This document shows positions 55,633-64,000 of a stretch of 64,000 nt of DNA, in pieces (position 1 is the stretch's first letter; every line of letters begins with the position of its first letter). Below the pieces are notes generated by a model that saw nothing but the letters and a program-made list of their open reading frames with translations, had not been told where the DNA came from and searched no databases. Location: NCBI GenBank assembly GCA_036141575.1, contig JAYZXF010000003.1, positions 166,598 to 230,597 of the forward strand. Reading direction: 5' to 3'. The stretch comes from Pseudomonadota bacterium (GTDB taxonomy: Bacteria; Pseudomonadota; Alphaproteobacteria; UBA2136; JAPKEQ01). The translations under genes and the position numbers were made by a program.

Positions 55633-57264
55633 CATTTCACCGTAGTTAGGGCCACCTGCACCTTCCGGCGTTGTCCAGTTGATGTTCTGCTTAGGATCTT
55701 TAATATCGCAAGCTTTACAATGGATGCAGTTCTGCGCATTAATTTGCAGCTTAGGGCCACCCTCGCCCTCTTCTAGAATTTCATAAACGCCTGCAGGGCA
55801 ATACTTTGTCTCAGGTGAGCCAAACTCTTTATAGTTCACATCAATCGCAACCTTCTCATCTTTGAGTTTCAAGTGAGCAGGCTGATTTTCTTCATGAAAT
55901 GTTCCCGCAAGGAACACTGAAGACAGACGATCAAAGCTAAGCTTATTATCTGGCTTTGGATACTCAATAGGTTCAACAGCACTCAATGGCTTTGTCGCAC
56001 CATGGTCAGCATGATGAGAGAGCGTTTTTTTACTACCTGAAAGATACGTTTCTTTTGCAGCGTTAATAAGACCAGCAAAAAGACCTTTTTTAAAGCCTGG
56101 GCGAATGTTACGTACACCGTGAAGTTCACGATATACCCATGAATCTTTATATTTATCTGTGTAAGACGTTGCCTCGTTTCCAGCTTCTTCAGATGCAAGT
56201 AGCTCAACCACAGCTTCGGCTGCAAGCATACCGCTCTTCATCGCTGTATGGTTACCCTTAATCTTAGCGACATTTAGGAAACCTGCACTATCCCCAACAA
56301 GCACACCGCCCGGAAATGTAAGCTTAGGTAAACTTTGGAAGCCGCCTTCAACAAGCGTTCTTGCACCATAGCTAATACGGCGCCCACCTTCTAAAACTTT
56401 AGCAATTTTAGGGTGATGCTTAAAACGTTGCATTTCCTCAAATGGAGAAAGCGTTGGGTTTTCATAATCAAGCCCCACAACAAAACCAACAGAAACCTTG
56501 TTATCACCCATATGATAAAGCCAACTACCACCATAAGTTTTTGTATCTAGCGGCCAACCAATTGTATGAATTGCATGGCCTTCATTATGATTTTCAGGCT
56601 TCACTTCCCAAATCTCTTTCACACCAAGGCCGTAAGTTTGCGGCTCACTGTCTTTATCTAGCTCAAATTTAGAGATAATCTCTTTAGAACAAGAACCACG
56701 GCACCCTTCAGCAAAGATTGTTTGCCGTGCATGGATTTCCATACCAGCAGCGTAGTTCTCTGTCTTCTCGCCGTCTTTACCAATACCCATGTCCCCTGTC
56801 GCAATACCTGCAACAGAGCCATCTTCATTGTAAAGCACTTCAGCAGCAGCAAACCCTGGGAAGATCTCTACGCCAAGCTGCTCAGCTTGCAGAGCCAACC
56901 AGCGCGCAAAAATGCCAAGAGAGATAATATAGTTATTATGGTTCTTCATTTGTGGAGGCGTTGGAAGCCTCACAGAAAGCTTCTTCGTCATAAAGTAAAA
57001 CGCATCACTTGTCACAGGAACTTTAAGCGGCGCTTCCTTCTCTTTCCAATCAGGAATCAGCTCATTTAGAGCACGCGGTTCAAATACAGCGCCAGACAGA
57101 AGGTGCGAACCGACCTCGCTCCCCTTCTCTAAAACACATACATTAAGTTCTGAGTTTAATTGTTTGATTTTTATGGCAGCAGACAATCCTGAAGGCCCTG
57201 CTCCAACAATCACCACATCATATGGCATAAACTCTCTATCGCTGCGGAAGGCCATCTCTCTCAT
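55630..57264 (-). CDS. Electron-transfer flavoprotein:ubiquinone oxidoreductase (ETF-QO)
   Basis: FAD fold VVIVGAGPSG and a C-terminal 4Fe-4S ferredoxin-like Cys cluster (CIHCKACD...). Length 544 aa. Confidence 0.9.
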   Translation of the reverse strand: MREMAFRSDREFMPYDVVIVGAGPSGLSAAIKIKQLNSELNVCVLEKGSEVGSHLLSGAVFEPRALNELIPDWKEKEAPLKVPVTSDAFYFMTKKLSVRLPTPPQMKNHNNYIISLGIFARWLALQAEQLGVEIFPGFAAAEVLYNEDGSVAGIATGDMGIGKDGEKTENYAAGMEIHARQTIFAEGCRGSCSKEIISKFELDKDSEPQTYGLGVKEIWEVKPENHNEGHAIHTIGWPLDTKTYGGSWLYHMGDNKVSVGFVVGLDYENPTLSPFEEMQRFKHHPKIAKVLEGGRRISYGARTLVEGGFQSLPKLTFPGGVLVGDSAGFLNVAKIKGNHTAMKSGMLAAEAVVELLASEEAGNEATSYTDKYKDSWVYRELHGVRNIRPGFKKGLFAGLINAAKETYLSGSKKTLSHHADHGATKPLSAVEPIEYPKPDNKLSFDRLSSVFLAGTFHEENQPAHLKLKDEKVAIDVNYKEFGSPETKYCPAGVYEILEEGEGGPKLQINAQNCIHCKACDIKDPKQNINWTTPEGAGGPNYGEM

Positions 57265-57268
57265 GGGA

Positions 57269-58201
57269 TTACGATAGCTCCTTAATCAGCTCAGGAATGG
57301 CATCAAATAGATCTGCCACCAAACCATATGTCGCAATATCAAAGATTGGTGCATTCTCATCTTTGTTGATCGCAACAATTACTTTTGAATCCTTCATACC
57401 TGCAAGGTGCTGAATCGCACCTGAAATACCCACGGCAAAGTAGATATCAGGTGCAACCACCTTACCTGTTTGGCCAACTTGATAGTCATTTGGCACCCAG
57501 CCAAGGTCTACCGCTGCGCGTGTTGCTCCAACAGCACCCCCACCAAGCTTGCTTGCAAGCTCTTCTAGCATACCAAAGTTATCTGCTTCTTTAAGACCAC
57601 GACCACCAGAGACAACCACTTTTGCACTACCCAGTTGAGGTCTTGAGCTATCAGAAAGCTCTGCCTTCATAAAGCTACTTAGGCCGACAGGCGCCTGCGC
57701 GCCAATAACTGTGACAGTTGCTTCTTTCCCGCTTTCACCAACAGATTCAAACGCTGTTGGGCGAATCGTCGCCAGTACTTTTGTTTCTGCAGTTTGTACA
57801 GTCGCAATTGCGTTACCTGCATATGTAGGACGCTTAAAGGTTTTATCATCAATAATTTCCATCACATCAGAAACCGCTGAAATTTCCATCATACCCGCAA
57901 CACGGCCCATAAGGTTTTTACCAAATGTTGTCGCAGGGAACAACACATGCTCAAACTTGTCTGCAAGCTCAACCACTTGAGGAGCAAGCTCTTCTGCAAG
58001 AAGGTTTTCAAGATGCGGTGCTTCCATCAGCATCACTTCAGCAACATGTTCTAGCTTTGAGGCTTCCTCAGCTGCACCTACAGCTTCACCGCCCATAACA
58101 AGTACAGAAACTGCACCGAGCATGCTGGCAGCTTCAATTGTTGCATGTGTTGATGTTTTAAGAGAACCGCCAGTGTGTTCCGCAATAACAAGTACAGCCA
58201 T
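57269..58201 (-). CDS. etfA: Electron transfer flavoprotein alpha subunit
   Basis: Length 310 aa with the C-terminal FAD-binding region ...AVGISGAIQHLAGM... Confidence 0.9.
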   Translation of the reverse strand: MAVLVIAEHTGGSLKTSTHATIEAASMLGAVSVLVMGGEAVGAAEEASKLEHVAEVMLMEAPHLENLLAEELAPQVVELADKFEHVLFPATTFGKNLMGRVAGMMEISAVSDVMEIIDDKTFKRPTYAGNAIATVQTAETKVLATIRPTAFESVGESGKEATVTVIGAQAPVGLSSFMKAELSDSSRPQLGSAKVVVSGGRGLKEADNFGMLEELASKLGGGAVGATRAAVDLGWVPNDYQVGQTGKVVAPDIYFAVGISGAIQHLAGMKDSKVIVAINKDENAPIFDIATYGLVADLFDAIPELIKELS

Positions 58202-58950
58202 TAGATCACCCTCGCTTCATCTTTAAGTTTTTGAACCAGCTCTGCAACGCTTGTGACCTTCACACCACCTTCACGTGGTTTTGGCTCTTCTACAGTCAGT
58301 ACAGAGATTTTTGATTTTGTATCAATGTTAAGATCAGCAAGAGGCATCTCTTCAATTGGCTTTTGCTTCGCCTTCATTAGGTTTGGAAGGGTCACGTTAC
58401 GTGGCTCATTCAAACGAAGGTCAGTTGAAATTACAGTTGGAAGGTTTACTGAAAGCGTTTCAAGACCACCATCTACTTCACGTGTGACTTCGGCTTTACC
58501 GTCTGTAATATCCACTTTTGAAGCAAACATAGCCTGTGACCAGCCCATCATACCTGAAAGCATTTGAGAGGCTTGGTTGTTATCGCCATCAATCGCTTGC
58601 TTACCCATAAGCACAACATCTGTGCCTTCTTTCTCAACAAGTACGCGGAGTACGCGCGCAACAGCGAGGGGATGCATATCATCGTCTGTGAGCACATGAA
58701 TACCGCGGTCAGCACCCATACCAAGGGCTTTACGCAGGCTTTCTGTTACGTTTGCCTTACCAATAGAAACCACAATAATTTCATCAATCTTACCAGCTTC
58801 TTTAAGGCGTACCGCCTCTTCCACAGCAATTTCATCAAATGGGTTCATAGACATTTTAACCGTAGACAGGTCAACACCAGAGCCGTCATTCTTGACGGTC
58901 GGTTTTACGTAAGCGTTAATAGTGTGCTTAATCGCAACGAGGGCTTTCAC
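58201..58950 (-). CDS. etfB: Electron transfer flavoprotein beta subunit
   Basis: VKALVAIKHTINAYVKP matches the ETF-beta N-terminus. The start is taken as GTG at 58948-58950 with an aaaagggga RBS, not the upstream ATG of the raw ORF. Overlaps etfA by 1 nt. Confidence 0.85.
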   Translation of the reverse strand: MKALVAIKHTINAYVKPTVKNDGSGVDLSTVKMSMNPFDEIAVEEAVRLKEAGKIDEIIVVSIGKANVTESLRKALGMGADRGIHVLTDDDMHPLAVARVLRVLVEKEGTDVVLMGKQAIDGDNNQASQMLSGMMGWSQAMFASKVDITDGKAEVTREVDGGLETLSVNLPTVISTDLRLNEPRNVTLPNLMKAKQKPIEEMPLADLNIDTKSKISVLTVEEPKPREGGVKVTSVAELVQKLKDEARVI

Positions 58951-59035
58951 GAGAACGATTCCCCTTTTCTTATTTAAATTTACGCGCGTATCATACCATA
59001 TTTTGAGGAAAAGTCCTGTCGTTTTTACAAACACC

Positions 59036-59071
59036 AGGCAAAAAGAAACAGCCCCCGTTAAGGGGCTGTTC
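59036..59071 (-). terminator. Rho-independent terminator of the AI-2E gene (minus strand)
   Basis: Minus-strand reading aacagccccTTAACggggctgtttctttttg. Confidence 0.65.
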
Positions 59072-59084
59072 CAATTTTCGAGTA

Positions 59085-60368
59085 TTATGCTTTAGCAGGA
59101 GAGGTTTGCTTCTCTTCTGCCGCTTGCTGTTGGTTTTGCCACATTTTGCGCTTCAGCACACGATGGGCGTCATGGTGACGGTCAATCAGCGGCTTGAAGA
59201 AGTCGCTGCCACGCTTGTGGCCATGCTTGCGCTTATAGAAGTAAATCTGCAAGATCCCTTCAACTGCAAACGCCTTGATGACAGCCAGCATGGGCAGAGC
59301 GGCAACAAAGCCAATACCACCAAACAGTTTACCGCCAGCAATAACAGCCAGGATCACACCAATTTTCCAAACACGCAGGCTATCGCCCACATATTTCGGA
59401 GTCAGGATTTTAGATTCCAGAACAAAGTTCACAGCACCAACCCCAACCAGTACAACGATGTACGGGTACAAGGATTCGTTCAAGAACGTTGCAAAGGTCA
59501 CAACAAGGCTCACAGACAGAGCAATCCAAGACCCGATAAATGGCACGACCGACAAAAAGCCTGCAACCAAGCCAAGGAAGATTGCCATCGTTACACTGAA
59601 GCCTGCAATCAACAGTACCACCATAATGATGGCTGCCAAAGTCAGGCCAATTTTAGCCCAACCCACAAGCAGGTTTTTCAAGGAATTATCAATGCTCGCA
59701 AAGGTGCGATCCACAGGTCCTTCCCAGCTGTCAGGTGTCACCAGATGCACAAACTCCACAATGAAGGGAGAAACATCTTTTTCCCATTCAGTCGTGGCAA
59801 TCCACAGCATGATCAGGAAAACGCCCCAGTGCACAACGGTTGGTGCAATGCCAAGCACGTTTTTCAAGTTGCCGACCAGCATATCACCAATCCAAGCCGG
59901 AACATTTACCAGCCAGTTGGTGACACCATTGATGTCAATGCGCTCCAGAGGAGTGCCTTTGACATACTCCTGAACACTGAGCATCCAGCCATTGATGAGA
60001 GGCCGAAGGGTGTCTTCAGAAAACCCACCCAGCCCTGCAAACAAGCTTTCCAGCTTGCCAACAACAGTGACCAGATACGCACCCAGCCCGACCATCAAGA
60101 GCAAAGGCATCAAGATGGTCAACAGCGGAATGGAGAGTTTCTTGGACATGCGCAGCTGAAATAGCCGAGGCACTTTGACATTTGCCACAGGGACAGTAAA
60201 GCCCCCAATGGGAATGCCACTGCAAAGCCCGCGCACGATTGGCGTCACAAGATACGCCAAGAATGACAGGAAAATGATATCAACCAGAATGGTTGGCATC
60301 TTGTAGGCAGTCACTGCCAAAACACCGAGGGCAATAAGTCCTGCCCACTGATATGGTGAAGGTTTCAT
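59085..60368 (-). CDS. AI-2E family (PerM/TqsA-like) membrane transporter; CTG-rich codon usage atypical for this window
   Basis: Eight predicted TM helices and AI-2E-like topology. Length 427 aa. Confidence 0.75.
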   Translation of the reverse strand: MKPSPYQWAGLIALGVLAVTAYKMPTILVDIIFLSFLAYLVTPIVRGLCSGIPIGGFTVPVANVKVPRLFQLRMSKKLSIPLLTILMPLLLMVGLGAYLVTVVGKLESLFAGLGGFSEDTLRPLINGWMLSVQEYVKGTPLERIDINGVTNWLVNVPAWIGDMLVGNLKNVLGIAPTVVHWGVFLIMLWIATTEWEKDVSPFIVEFVHLVTPDSWEGPVDRTFASIDNSLKNLLVGWAKIGLTLAAIIMVVLLIAGFSVTMAIFLGLVAGFLSVVPFIGSWIALSVSLVVTFATFLNESLYPYIVVLVGVGAVNFVLESKILTPKYVGDSLRVWKIGVILAVIAGGKLFGGIGFVAALPMLAVIKAFAVEGILQIYFYKRKHGHKRGSDFFKPLIDRHHDAHRVLKRKMWQNQQQAAEEKQTSPAKA

Positions 60369-60519
60369 TGATATATCCTCCTCAAGGATAAGAGAGAAAA
60401 GAGAAGCCCTAATTTAGGGAAGTTTACGTAGTGTATTTTATATGGGGAGAAAGAAGATGATTTACAAGGGTTAAATACAAAAAAGCTCCCAATTCTGGGA
60501 GCTTTTTCTGAGATCTCTA

Positions 60520-62505
60520 CTACTCTTCAGTTTCAGAGTAAGATTTCATTGATCTTGCGCGTGATGGGTGGCGCAGTTTCTTAAGCGCTTTCGCCTCAAT
60601 CTGACGAATACGCTCACGTGTTACGTTAAACTGCTGACCAACTTCCTCAAGTGTGTGATCTGTTGACATACCAATACCGAAACGCATACGTAGCACACGC
60701 TCCTCACGAGGCGTCAGTGTTGCAAGAATCTGCGTAGTTGAGTCACGTAGGTTCTTTTGTACTGCTGCATCGATTGGCAGAACCGCATTTGTATCTTCAA
60801 TGAAGTCCCCAAGTGTTGAGTCATCCTCATCACCTACTGGCGTTTCAAGAGAAATCGGCTCTTTCGCGATCTTCTGTACTTTACGTACCTTCTCCACCGG
60901 CATCTGCATTTTCACAGATAGCTCTTCTGGCGTTGGCTCACGGCCAAGTTCAGTCATCATTTCACGTTGTGTACGGCTGAGCTTGTTAATTGTCTCAATC
61001 ATGTGCACAGGAATACGAATTGTGCGGGCTTGGTCAGCGATAGAACGTGTAATCGCCTGACGAATCCACCATGTTGCGTATGTCGAGAACTTGTATCCTC
61101 GGCGGTATTCAAACTTATCGACCGCTTTCATAAGACCAATGTTCCCTTCCTGAATCAAATCAAGGAACTGTAGACCACGGTTCACGTATTTCTTCGCGAT
61201 AGAAATTACAAGACGAAGGTTTGCTTCAATCATTTCTTTCTTCGCAACACGTGCTTCACGCTCACCTTTACGTACACGAGCAACAAGTTGCTTAAATTCG
61301 TCTACTTTCAGGCCAAGGCCATGTGCTGCTTTAAGAACTTCTTGGCGTTCAGCTTCAGCGTGTTCACCGTGCTCAGCAAAGAACTCTTTGTACTCTTTTT
61401 CAAGAGCTGCAAACGGGTTGTTCTCTTCGTTACCGATGTAAGAACGTAGGAATGTTGTACGGTCTACGCCTCTAGCAGAAGCAAACTTCACAAGCGTACC
61501 TTCTGTGCGCGTGATTTTACGAGATGTATCGTAAAGCATCGCCGTTAGGTCTTCCACTTTACCAATTGTCAGTGGAACTTCCTTCATTAGTTCTTTCATC
61601 TCAGTGATGTGTGTGATCAGCTGACCTGTAAGGACCTTAAACTGCTTGTCTGATTCAGGCAGTTCAAGACGCTTAGCATTCAGTGTCTGAATTTCTGAGT
61701 AGTGCTTAGCAACTTCTGTGAAAATCTCTGTCATGCGTGGCATGAGAGTTTCTTCCATTGCACTGAGAGACATGATCTCTGCATCTTCCTCATCTTCTTC
61801 CGACTCTTCGCCGTCTTCATCAGAATCTTTTGCTTCAACATCGTCTTCTTTACCTTTAGACGCGTCTTTTAGATCTTTCACTTCACCAGCTTCTTCATCG
61901 CCGTTTTCAACAGAGTCTAGATCTGCATCATCATCTTCGCTCGACCCCATTGCTGCGTTCAGATCAACGACATCACGCAGGAAACGGTCGCCCATCTGTA
62001 CTTCATTCATTAGGTCTAGGAGGTAGCCGTATGCTGCTGGGCATGTAAATAGACCATCTTCCATTTCCATTTTTCCAGCTTCAATACGCTTCGCAAGCTC
62101 AATCTCACCTTCGCGTGTCAGAAGGTCTACGTTACCCATCTCACGTAGGTACATACGCACAGGGTCATCTGTACGGCCGTAGTCTTCACTGCTGCTGCTG
62201 CCGCTTGATACGTTACGGCTGCTTGATTTAGCAATGGCAGTTGTCGCACCAAAGAATCCTGGGTGTGCGTCAAATGTTGAGATATCGCTCTCATCATCCA
62301 TAGATGCGCGCTTTGAAGGGCTGCCTGTGTCTACAACACCAGATACGTCTTCGTACTCATCATCATCTTCAACAACAACGTCATCATTGTCCGCTTCCAT
62401 TTCAAAACGGTTCGAACCACGCTTCGCTTCAGTACCGCCAGTATTTTCTGGGGCGCCTGCCGCTGCTTTTGTTGTCTCTTCTACCGATGTCATCTCTTTG
62501 TCCAT
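60520..62505 (-). CDS. rpoD: RNA polymerase primary sigma factor RpoD (sigma-70) with an acidic non-conserved insert
   Basis: Regions 1.2-4.2 are present (e.g. ...[27 protein letters not shown]..., region 4 ...[19 protein letters not shown]). Length 661 aa. Confidence 0.95.
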   Translation of the reverse strand: MDKEMTSVEETTKAAAGAPENTGGTEAKRGSNRFEMEADNDDVVVEDDDEYEDVSGVVDTGSPSKRASMDDESDISTFDAHPGFFGATTAIAKSSSRNVSSGSSSSEDYGRTDDPVRMYLREMGNVDLLTREGEIELAKRIEAGKMEMEDGLFTCPAAYGYLLDLMNEVQMGDRFLRDVVDLNAAMGSSEDDDADLDSVENGDEEAGEVKDLKDASKGKEDDVEAKDSDEDGEESEEDEEDAEIMSLSAMEETLMPRMTEIFTEVAKHYSEIQTLNAKRLELPESDKQFKVLTGQLITHITEMKELMKEVPLTIGKVEDLTAMLYDTSRKITRTEGTLVKFASARGVDRTTFLRSYIGNEENNPFAALEKEYKEFFAEHGEHAEAERQEVLKAAHGLGLKVDEFKQLVARVRKGEREARVAKKEMIEANLRLVISIAKKYVNRGLQFLDLIQEGNIGLMKAVDKFEYRRGYKFSTYATWWIRQAITRSIADQARTIRIPVHMIETINKLSRTQREMMTELGREPTPEELSVKMQMPVEKVRKVQKIAKEPISLETPVGDEDDSTLGDFIEDTNAVLPIDAAVQKNLRDSTTQILATLTPREERVLRMRFGIGMSTDHTLEEVGQQFNVTRERIRQIEAKALKKLRHPSRARSMKSYSETEE

Positions 62506-62564
62506 TCGGTTTCCTCCTGCGTTTAGGTTTTTATCGTTATCAATAAACTTTTTAAGTTGCCTAT

Positions 62565-64000
62565 TTATTCAGCATTTTTCTGCTTTTGAGCCAGAAGCTT
62601 TTGCTTCATTTCCTCCCAAGCTGACATATCTGTCTCCTCCGAGACAATGTGAGCTATTGAGCTCTGCGGCATAGCTTTCTCCTGCTTTGCCTTCTTCTCA
62701 TCTGAGAGACGGCGCCAATATGCAATACGCGCGCCAGAATCCATCTGAGAAATGATATCGGACTTCAACAGACCATGAAGTTGATCGTATGCTCCGATAG
62801 AAGTGAGGTAAGAATCAAATGAAGGCTTGTCAAGGGTGCCCTTGCCTAAAAATTGAAGCCCGTACCCAACCAACTGATTAAACGCCTGATTTTTAAATTT
62901 AAGATCGGCAATTTCATCAGAAAATTTTTCAAAAAATATTGGCTCATGGAACATCAGTGAACACATCGCAGCGTCCACATCACGGATATGTGCATGAGCA
63001 TTTTTAATCGCATCTGGTGCTTTGAGCTTTCCACCATGCAGCGCCTTACCACGAACCGCGTCCCAAAGCTTACTCTTAAGAGCACTTGTGTAATGCTTCT
63101 TCACTGTTTCATCTACGATAGAACCGCACGTTGTCGCAATTTCCTGCTCAATACGTGCGCGTGTATCAGGTGCGCTAAAGTCTGCTGAAGCTGTCATGGA
63201 GCGCCAAATAATATCATCCAGTGTGCTAGAAGCCTGTACCAATTTCTTAAAGGCATGCGCCCCCTGCTCTGCCACAAAACTATCAGGGTCATGGCCCTCA
63301 GGCATTGTAATAAACTTAAGTGATTTACCTGGTTTTAGGTGTGGTAGAACCATCATCGCACTTCTATATGCTGCGCGCTGACCTGCTTCATCACCATCTA
63401 GGCAAATAAACGGCGTATCTGTATAGCGCCATAGCAGGTGTACTTGATCTTCTGTCAGCGCTGTCCCCATTGGGGCAACAGCTGTTTTAATACCTGCTTG
63501 CCATAATGCAATGGCATCCATATATCCTTCAACTACCAGCATATAACCTTGCTGACGCACATGCTCACGAGCACGGTTAAGGTTGTAGAGCATTTTACTC
63601 TTATGGAAGAAATCTGTTTCTGGTGAATTGAGATACTTGGCTGCGTTATCATTCTTTTCAAGAATACGACCACCAAAACCAACCACCTGACCACGTTCGT
63701 TTTCAATTGGGAACATCAATCTCCCGCGGAAACGATCATAATGCTTCCCGCTATCAGACTGCCCAATGAGCCCTGTATCTAAAAGCGATGGAATATCCAC
63801 TGTATCTGAGATAAGCTCATTCATGGTTGCGTCCCAACCATCTTTGGCAAAACCCACACCAAATTCTTGAACAGTCTCAGCTGTAAGGCCACGACCGTCA
63901 CAATATTCAAGTGACTTACCATTCAGCTGGCTTACAAAAAGTTTCTTAGCCTTATCGAGAGCTGCATAGCCCTTCTCATATTTATCTCGCACCGCTGGCG
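62565..64000 (-). CDS. dnaG: DNA primase DnaG (N-terminal zinc-finger region lies beyond the window end)
   Basis: TOPRIM domain (...[14 protein letters not shown]...[11 protein letters not shown]...). dnaG-rpoD synteny. Confidence 0.9.
   Translation of the reverse strand, partial: PAVRDKYEKGYAALDKAKKLFVSQLNGKSLEYCDGRGLTAETVQEFGVGFAKDGWDATMNELISDTVDIPSLLDTGLIGQSDSGKHYDRFRGRLMFPIENERGQVVGFGGRILEKNDNAAKYLNSPETDFFHKSKMLYNLNRAREHVRQQGYMLVVEGYMDAIALWQAGIKTAVAPMGTALTEDQVHLLWRYTDTPFICLDGDEAGQRAAYRSAMMVLPHLKPGKSLKFITMPEGHDPDSFVAEQGAHAFKKLVQASSTLDDIIWRSMTASADFSAPDTRARIEQEIATTCGSIVDETVKKHYTSALKSKLWDAVRGKALHGGKLKAPDAIKNAHAHIRDVDAAMCSLMFHEPIFFEKFSDEIADLKFKNQAFNQLVGYGLQFLGKGTLDKPSFDSYLTSIGAYDQLHGLLKSDIISQMDSGARIAYWRRLSDEKKAKQEKAMPQSSIAHIVSEETDMSAWEEMKQKLLAQKQKNAE

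Noticed and set aside
59106-60164. A 352-aa plus-strand ORF antisense to the AI-2E transporter gene
   Set aside because: The product is a Gln/His/Arg-rich low-complexity sequence. The opposite strand encodes a clean 8-TM AI-2E transporter with its terminator. The long open frame is a by-product of the gene's higher GC3.
1-64000. tRNA, rRNA, IS elements, integrases or phage genes
   Set aside because: Visual scanning of all intergenic regions found no T-loop (GTTCGAATC-like) or acceptor-stem structures, no rRNA-like segments, and no transposase or integrase-like ORFs. The only repeat family found is the ~122-nt element described above.

Overview
This 64-kb window is from an alphaproteobacterium, GC content roughly 45% by eye. 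The assignment rests on several syntenies: a PopZ/DUF2497 gene next to valS, pal-cpoB-tilS-ftsH-glmM, pdhA-pdhB-pdhC-lpdA with an E1 beta lacking a lipoyl domain, and dnaG-rpoD. The housekeeping backbone includes valS (partial), LOG, glmM, ftsH, tilS, cpoB, pal, icd, alaS, a PAS/GAF histidine kinase plus a single-domain response regulator, the PDH complex, NUDIX, the ETF/ETF-QO/acyl-CoA dehydrogenase trio, dCMP deaminase, an AI-2E transporter, rpoD and dnaG (partial). It flanks a ~28-kb accessory block at about 24.9-52.5 kb that encodes a Lap-like, type I secreted giant-adhesin system. The block contains a T1SS ABC transporter with a Cys-less C39-like N-domain, an HlyD-family MFP, a divergently transcribed TolC, and a 2497-aa tandem-repeat adhesin. 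The adhesin has an N-terminal retention-module-like region, a PAAG/GAAG di-alanine tract and a C-terminal secretion signal. The block also contains a LapG-like BTLCP periplasmic cysteine protease. The most unusual feature is the gene in the position where a LapD-type GGDEF-EAL receptor is expected. It encodes a two-TM protein with a ~290-aa periplasmic sensor and a C-terminal HD-GYP domain. The canonical metal-binding residues of that domain are substituted (HD->SG, HHE->MYE, DxxD->DxxC), so it is a candidate degenerate c-di-GMP receptor. A second, 3030-aa RTX/cadherin-repeat protein with two DUF4114-like modules lies nearby. Also notable are three diverged copies of a ~122-nt structured element. 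Each copy begins exactly at the TAA stop codon of a minus-strand gene (popZ, lpdA, ETF-QO), and the core hairpin shows compensatory base changes. An unannotated 35-aa Cys/His-rich lipoprotein sits in the PDH operon. Two genes use a CTG-rich codon pattern unlike the rest of the window. No tRNA, rRNA or CRISPR was seen.
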